Positions 58,572 to 64,000 of a DNA stretch of 64,000 nt are shown piece by piece. Under the pieces are notes generated by a model. The model was not told the origin of the DNA, did not search any database, and saw only the letters and a program-made list of their open reading frames with translations. Each line of letters opens with the position of its first letter. Positions within the stretch are counted from its first letter, which is position 1. Source of the stretch: Bdellovibrionales bacterium (GTDB lineage: Bacteria; Bdellovibrionota; Bdellovibrionia; Bdellovibrionales; UBA1609); NCBI GenBank assembly GCA_965261545.1, contig CBDHDF010000010.1, positions 416,001 through 480,000 of the forward strand, read 5' to 3'. The position numbers were made by a program, and so were the translations under genes.

Positions 58572-60115
58572 CCCAAGGGTTCTTCAAAGCTTAAAAGTTC
58601 TCCACAGGGCTCTTGCCCTGTAAGCTTTCCATCTTTCATGACAACATTTCCCTTGAGCAAAGTGGCGACGGGCCACCCTTTGACTAACTCCCCCGAAAAA
58701 GGACTCCAGCCACACTTATATCTCAACCAGTCTTCAGAAATTTTCGCCTCTTTGTTAAGGTCAATGATGGTGAAATCAGCATGGTAGCCCTCCTGAATGG
58801 CCCCCTTATGTTGGACTCCAAATAAGTTCACAGGATTCACACACATCAGTTCCACCAACTTTTCCAAACTTAAACGCCCATGTCCAACATGGTTAAGCAT
58901 AATAGGAACAATGGTTTGAACCCCTGGCATGCCCGACGGACTTAAGGGGTAAGTGCGTGCCTTTTCTTCTTTGGTATGGGGAGCATGATCTGAACCAATA
59001 ATATCCACCGTCCCATTGTAAATACCTTCCCACAAAGCATCTTGGTGGCAAACGCCACGGATGGGTGGGTTCATTTGAGCCCATGTTCCCCATTTTTCGT
59101 AACAATGAGGGGCCACCAAAGTGAGATGTTGAGGTGTGCATTCCACAGAGAGAATATTCTTTGGTGAGGGGCTTTTGGAAAGATAATTTTCTTTATGGGC
59201 TTCTCCGCAAGGAACTTCTTTATGAACTCCTCTATGGAGGGCTTCTCTATGGTTCTCTTTATAGGACTTAAGGAGTTTCATTTCCTGGGCGGTGCTCACA
59301 TGCAATACATGCACAGAACGCTGGTGTTTTGTCGCCAGCTTCAGAAGGCACTGGGTCGCCCTCAAGGCCACTTCTTCATCTCTCCACTGAGGATGAAAAG
59401 CAGGGTTGCCCTTTTGACTCTGAAGAAGTGGACTTCTTTCTTGCAAGCGAGCTTCATCTTCGGCGTGAATGGCCACACGCCTTTTTCCCAAGGCTAAAAT
59501 GCGATCCAAAGCCTCGCTGTCTTTAACGAGGAGGTTGCCTGTGGAGGACCCCATAAAAATTTTGATACCACAACAGCCGGGAAGTTTTTCCAACTCAAGA
59601 AGCTGCTCCCCATTGTCAGGAGTGGCCCCTGCGTAAAAGGCATAGTGGGACCAACAGCGCCCCTGGGCTCGACCCACCTTATTTTTGAATTGTTCCACAG
59701 TGATTGTCGGGGGAAGTGTGTTGGGCATTTCAAAAACAGCGGTGATGCCCCCAAGAATGGCAGCCCTGGTTCCTGAAAAGAGATCTTCTTTGTGCTCCAA
59801 ACCAGGCTCTCGAAAATGAACCTGGGTATCCATAAGCCCTGGTAAAATGTGAAGCCCTTGGGCATCAAAAACCTGCTCTCCCAAATGGGAGTCGATGGAA
59901 CCCACTTGGGTGATCCAACCTCCACGAATACCTACGTCTGCGGTGACCTGGGTGAGTGGACCGATAAGGGGAACATGGCCTTCTTTCACCTTACCAGCCC
60001 CCCCCGTATGACTCTCGTTCTCACAGCCCCCCCCATAGGGAGCTTTTCCGTAGATTTTACTGGTTCTTCTGTGGGGAACCAAACAGGTGCCAGCCTTAAT
60101 GATTAAATCAAACAT
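58568..60115 (-). CDS. pyrC: Dihydroorotase (amidohydrolase) with two low-complexity insertions
   Basis: QVHFREPG, EMPNT, KIFMGSSTG, HAED, MNPPIR and SDHAPH motifs. Confidence 0.9.
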   Translation of the reverse strand: MFDLIIKAGTCLVPHRRTSKIYGKAPYGGGCENESHTGGAGKVKEGHVPLIGPLTQVTADVGIRGGWITQVGSIDSHLGEQVFDAQGLHILPGLMDTQVHFREPGLEHKEDLFSGTRAAILGGITAVFEMPNTLPPTITVEQFKNKVGRAQGRCWSHYAFYAGATPDNGEQLLELEKLPGCCGIKIFMGSSTGNLLVKDSEALDRILALGKRRVAIHAEDEARLQERSPLLQSQKGNPAFHPQWRDEEVALRATQCLLKLATKHQRSVHVLHVSTAQEMKLLKSYKENHREALHRGVHKEVPCGEAHKENYLSKSPSPKNILSVECTPQHLTLVAPHCYEKWGTWAQMNPPIRGVCHQDALWEGIYNGTVDIIGSDHAPHTKEEKARTYPLSPSGMPGVQTIVPIMLNHVGHGRLSLEKLVELMCVNPVNLFGVQHKGAIQEGYHADFTIIDLNKEAKISEDWLRYKCGWSPFSGELVKGWPVATLLKGNVVMKDGKLTGQEPCGELLSFEEPLG

Positions 60116-60160
60116 CGTGGAACCTTACTAAGCATAGCAGAGCCTTTCATATAACGAAGC

Positions 60161-63100
60161 CTAGGGAAGGGGAAGAGTTTTCTTTAAGAAGGATGCCTCC
60201 TTTTTAAGCTTCTTGGGGTTTCCAGCCACTGTTATTTTAGACTCCTTAAGAGCTGAGGCCAAAGCTTGATTAATCTTTTTAAAATCTCTAGATGTTGTCG
60301 CCAATATCTCCTTTTGTCGTAAAATGTACTCCTCCCAAGTCAAATCGTTCAAATAAAGATTTGTCATTAGGTCGGCCTTCTCCAACACGGATTTATCTTT
60401 GTAATAAGGTTTAAGGGAACCTAAAATAGCTGGTTTCAACTGAGCCTTATCAAACTTTTGTTTCTCCATAAAGTCTACTATCTGAGAAAAGGCATCTAAA
60501 CTGTCCCGAAGATTTGGATCTCTGTAGGTGGACATTTGAAACAATCCATTCCAATGAAAGCCTGCTCTTGCACCGTAGGCCCCCAACTGCTCTCGAAGGC
60601 GTGGAATAAGAAAATAAGTATTTAGATATTGGGAGTAAACACCCATGGCTCCATTGTAATCTAAGCCCTGTTTTCTAAAGGAAGCCATTTTAAACACATA
60701 TTGAACCTCTCCATGGATGGCGTAACCATCGTAGTGTTTTTGATGGGCAAACAACCACCCTTGATCCTGGTTTTTTTGAGAGAAAAGGGCCTTTTGAACT
60801 TGGTTTATGGAATGGTTCAGTTCCTTAAGACTCTTTTCTTCAGAGGTGAGAGTGACAAGATAAAATCTATTTTGGTGGAAAATATTTTTTAGCATCTCTT
60901 GAAACTTGGAGGACAAAATCTGGGGTTTAACTTTGAAAGAGCGCATGTACTCTTCAAAGGTGGCTCCCCGTATTTCGTCTTCAAAGGCTCCTTGCAGGGG
61001 AAAAAATGTCTTTTCTGCCGCCCCCATGGCTAAATTTCGTGCCCTGGATGAAAAGCTGTTGGTCATTCCCGCCTTTATCTCTTTCACAAGGTGGCCCACT
61101 CGATCCTTGGGGGAAAACTGACTTTCAGTAAGAATTTCTTTGAGCAGGCCCATGGATTTCTCACGATTTTCCGCTAAAAAACTTAAGCTTACAACCAAGG
61201 TTGGTTTAAATTTGTACAAATCTTTGGATGACTGATAGGTCGCAAGTTCAAAGTTGATACCACCTGTATGGAGGTCTATTTTCTTTTGAAGTTCCATAAA
61301 AGAACGATGCTGTGTGTTTGTCTCTTTTATGAGTTCCTTGAAAAGGTAGAGATTTTTAAGATTCCTTTCTTCCACACCTCGAAGATCAAAAAAAAGTTTG
61401 ACATAAGAAATACCACCGGTGTTCTGCGGAAACTCCATCACCATGGTTTGTTGAACCAGTTGACCTTTCTGAATCTTTGAGCCCATGGGAAACTTTCTTG
61501 AAGGAATGGGTGTTGTATTCACGGTGATCTCCGAAAGATCAAGAAGAGGGGTGCGGTCCGTGATGGCCTTCGGTTCTTCGCTGGCAACCCACTGGCGGTA
61601 AATCTGATCCTCCTTGGCATAGGCACTGAGGGGCTTGATTTTGAGAGCCTTTTTCACTCGATCTTCAAGACGAGAGTTGAATTTTTTAGAAAACAAAGGA
61701 TCAGGGGTCATAACAAGCCACCGAGAGTGGCCGTTTTCCTTGAGGCGTGTCTTAAAGAAATCTTTCACAAATTCTCTGTCCTTGATTTTGTGACGAATTT
61801 TTTTGAAGTGGCTCTCAAAGTCCAGTTGCCTTTCTAAGGGCTGCTCTTTCTTGATCCAGTTGTCGAGCACAGTCCAACCGAGACTCATCCCCTTATGGGA
61901 CCCGTTGCTGTACTTCTCTTTATGGGAGAATTCTTCTTTATTGACAATAGACTCTAAAAGTTCTTCATCGAGACCTTGGATGATGACTTTGCCTATTTCT
62001 TCTTGGAGAACCTTGGCCATTGGCTCTTTCTGGGCTTTATCCCCCTCAAAAATAAAAGTGAAACTATGGTCTTGGCTATCTGGATTTAAAAGAAAAACTG
62101 AGGTGGCCAGACCCTCCTTGAGGAATCGAAGCTTAAGGGGGGCTGAAGAATGGGAGGCAAAGGCTGTCAGGAGGACATTGGCCACATCCTCTTCTATGGG
62201 GGTGAGGGGGCCTAAGATATAGGACTGGGCGATAAAGTCTTTGCCACCAATGGCGGGACCAGGGTAGGTGGCCTCAGCCACAGACGTGGGGTAATTAAAG
62301 TCTTTTTGCAGGGGAATATCAGGGGGCTGAAAACCTGGGGTTTTGCGAAAGTGACGTAGAAATTTTTTATCTATGGTCGCCAAAGCTTTTTTATAATCGA
62401 TGTTCCCATAGAGGTAGATCACTGAATTTTGGGGGTGATAGTATTTTTTGTGAGCCTCTACAATTTGCTCAAACTGAAGGGTGGAAATCTGGTCGGGAAA
62501 ACCTCCGCTGGATTTGGCATAGGGCGTGTCAGGTAGCACCGAACTCTGGAGGTGGTAATAGAGAGATCTGTAGGGGCTTGAAAAGGCTCCCTTCATTTCA
62601 CTGAGGACAATTCCGTTAATGGACATTTTATTGGTTTTTGGGTCCACTTCGTATCGCCACCCCTCTCGCTTCATAATACGAGGATCCTCAATGGCCTTGG
62701 GGAAGAAAACGGCATCCATATAAACAGAGAGGAGATTATCGAAGTCTTTAGGGTCTTTGGTGACAAAGGGGTAAAGGGTACTTACGCTCGAAGTCATAGC
62801 GTTTATAAAACTCGCCACTGTAGACCCCGCCACCTTCAAAAAGTTGGACCTAGAGGGATAGAGCCTCGACCCTGCAAGGACAGCATGCTCAAAAATATGA
62901 AAAAGGCCGGTATTGTCGTAGGGGGGAGTTCGAAAGCCTGCCATAAAAGAGCGAGCAGGGTCTGAGTTTTTAATAAGAACCAGGCGCGCCCCTGATTTTT
63001 TATGGGAAAGTTCCACGACCTCCGAAACGGGCGAGGGCAGCGAAAAACGCTTCAATGTTTCATAGGGGCTATAAAATGGAAACTCTTGAATGGAAGAGCA

Positions 63101-63325
63101 TGAGAGCAAGAGGCTCGCCAAGATCACCCAAAGAGTTGTCAATACGACGCGATGAACTTTCTTGTGAGCCTCGTAAACCTTATGGATCTTGTGAATATTA
63201 TTATAGATCTTGTGAATAGTCTGGAGGGTAAAGTGATGAGTCTTATGGAAAGATCTTATAATTTTCATGGATGTCATAGGGGCTCCTTGGATGGTAGGGG
63301 GTCGCATGATGGCACGAATGGCCAT
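60161..63325 (-). CDS. M16C (presequence protease/insulinase-like) metallopeptidase, predicted lipoprotein
   Basis: HIFEH, INAMT, NGIVLSEMKGA, REQLGAYG and STYRDP motifs. Hydrophobic stretch ending LLLSC. Confidence 0.9.
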   Translation of the reverse strand: MAIRAIMRPPTIQGAPMTSMKIIRSFHKTHHFTLQTIHKIYNNIHKIHKVYEAHKKVHRVVLTTLWVILASLLLSCSSIQEFPFYSPYETLKRFSLPSPVSEVVELSHKKSGARLVLIKNSDPARSFMAGFRTPPYDNTGLFHIFEHAVLAGSRLYPSRSNFLKVAGSTVASFINAMTSSVSTLYPFVTKDPKDFDNLLSVYMDAVFFPKAIEDPRIMKREGWRYEVDPKTNKMSINGIVLSEMKGAFSSPYRSLYYHLQSSVLPDTPYAKSSGGFPDQISTLQFEQIVEAHKKYYHPQNSVIYLYGNIDYKKALATIDKKFLRHFRKTPGFQPPDIPLQKDFNYPTSVAEATYPGPAIGGKDFIAQSYILGPLTPIEEDVANVLLTAFASHSSAPLKLRFLKEGLATSVFLLNPDSQDHSFTFIFEGDKAQKEPMAKVLQEEIGKVIIQGLDEELLESIVNKEEFSHKEKYSNGSHKGMSLGWTVLDNWIKKEQPLERQLDFESHFKKIRHKIKDREFVKDFFKTRLKENGHSRWLVMTPDPLFSKKFNSRLEDRVKKALKIKPLSAYAKEDQIYRQWVASEEPKAITDRTPLLDLSEITVNTTPIPSRKFPMGSKIQKGQLVQQTMVMEFPQNTGGISYVKLFFDLRGVEERNLKNLYLFKELIKETNTQHRSFMELQKKIDLHTGGINFELATYQSSKDLYKFKPTLVVSLSFLAENREKSMGLLKEILTESQFSPKDRVGHLVKEIKAGMTNSFSSRARNLAMGAAEKTFFPLQGAFEDEIRGATFEEYMRSFKVKPQILSSKFQEMLKNIFHQNRFYLVTLTSEEKSLKELNHSINQVQKALFSQKNQDQGWLFAHQKHYDGYAIHGEVQYVFKMASFRKQGLDYNGAMGVYSQYLNTYFLIPRLREQLGAYGARAGFHWNGLFQMSTYRDPNLRDSLDAFSQIVDFMEKQKFDKAQLKPAILGSLKPYYKDKSVLEKADLMTNLYLNDLTWEEYILRQKEILATTSRDFKKINQALASALKESKITVAGNPKKLKKEASFLKKTLPLP

Positions 63326-63522
63326 TGCTTTGTCCGCTTCGTTTGGTCACTGCTCTACAAAGCTCCAGCCACCCACCATAATAGAACCAAAGGGGTTGGT
63401 CATGTCAAGTTCTCTCACAAGGGTCAGTCAACTAAGTTGAGGTTGGCCCAAAGTCCAGAGGTTTTCTCGTAGGTAAGGCATTCTTGCTCTTTGTACCATC
63501 TTCATGGAAACTATGAATATCC

Positions 63523-63906
63523 ATGGATTACACAGAAACATTCTTGTACTTTTGGTTTGAGAACAATGAGTTAATCATTCAATGGGCCACATTGATTTTG
63601 ATTATCAACATTACCTTTTTGGCGGTGATGTCTTATCTTCGCCGCAATATATCTTCCAATGCACCTCATCTGGATGCTAAACTGCAAAGCCTAGACCAAA
63701 GGTTAAGGCGGATGGAAGGAATGGACTCAGGAATTTCTAACAATTTGCAACGCCAAAGAGATCTAGCAAAAATTAAAGATTTAGAGAAAAAACTCACTGA
63801 GTATCAAGTGATTGAGGATGATATTGCCAATCTCTCAAAATATAAAGAAGAAAATAAAGAGCTTCGAGAACGACTTGCTCAGACGCGGTCAAACCATAAA
63901 AAGTGA
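63523..63906 (+). CDS. Hypothetical membrane-anchored coiled-coil protein
   Basis: TM helix followed by heptad-rich sequence. Confidence 0.7.
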   Translation: MDYTETFLYFWFENNELIIQWATLILIINITFLAVMSYLRRNISSNAPHLDAKLQSLDQRLRRMEGMDSGISNNLQRQRDLAKIKDLEKKLTEYQVIEDDIANLSKYKEENKELRERLAQTRSNHKK

Positions 63907-64000
63907 ATGGGTCGTTGATCTTGGCATTTGTATTGGACATTTTAGCATTTACTAACATTTATTTATTATTGATAATTCCATGGCAAAAAATAGGAGATGT

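Noticed and set aside
59815..59835. Dihydroorotase with Gln in place of the first metal-binding His (DTQVHFREPG) as an inactive enzyme
   Set aside because: This QxH variant is, to my recollection, a normal feature of one PyrC subgroup, and the other ligands are intact.
1..64000. tRNA, rRNA, CRISPR arrays, prophage or defence genes
   Set aside because: No cloverleaf, rRNA signature, repeat-spacer array or phage/defence motif was recognised by eye. Covariance-model scans were not run.

Overview
The window has two parts. Bases 1-9189 are a dense, nested insertion-sequence cluster. An ISL3 element (134-1854, 8-bp TSD) sits inside the transposase of an IS5/ISNCY-like element. That element abuts, through a shared TAACTA target, a second IS5/ISNCY-like element (2491-9183). 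The second element carries a DUF6398-like passenger gene and is interrupted by an IS21 element (4004-8676, 5-bp TSD), whose istB is interrupted by an IS4 element (4815-6231, 10-bp TSD). Bases 9278-64000 are bacterial core chromosome: purEK, ettA, pepA, dciA, metG, lysS, fbaB, sohB, tlyA, ispA, xseAB, mfd, kamA, an NtrY-like kinase, rib genes, rny, pilT, rplU-rpmA-obgE-nadD/rsfS-rlmH-comM, pyrC and an M16C peptidase. Gene content and order suggest a Bdellovibrionota-like organism (inference). The most notable observations are: (1) once IS21 is removed, a stop-free 510-codon ORF runs in the -1 frame over the whole 465-aa IS5/ISNCY-like transposase, with visible synonymous-codon avoidance of stops, making it a candidate overprinted gene; (2) a ~100-bp covarying hairpin with DnaA boxes in its stem is shared by the unrelated ISL3 and IS21 elements; (3) a RibB-RibH fusion appears to have arisen by deletion of the RibA domain; (4) an RPE-like palindromic element lies between rplU and rpmA; (5) short tandem duplications are pervasive at start/stop codons and inside protein loops. 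No rRNA, tRNA or CRISPR array was recognised. All family assignments are by eye from motifs; no database search was run.
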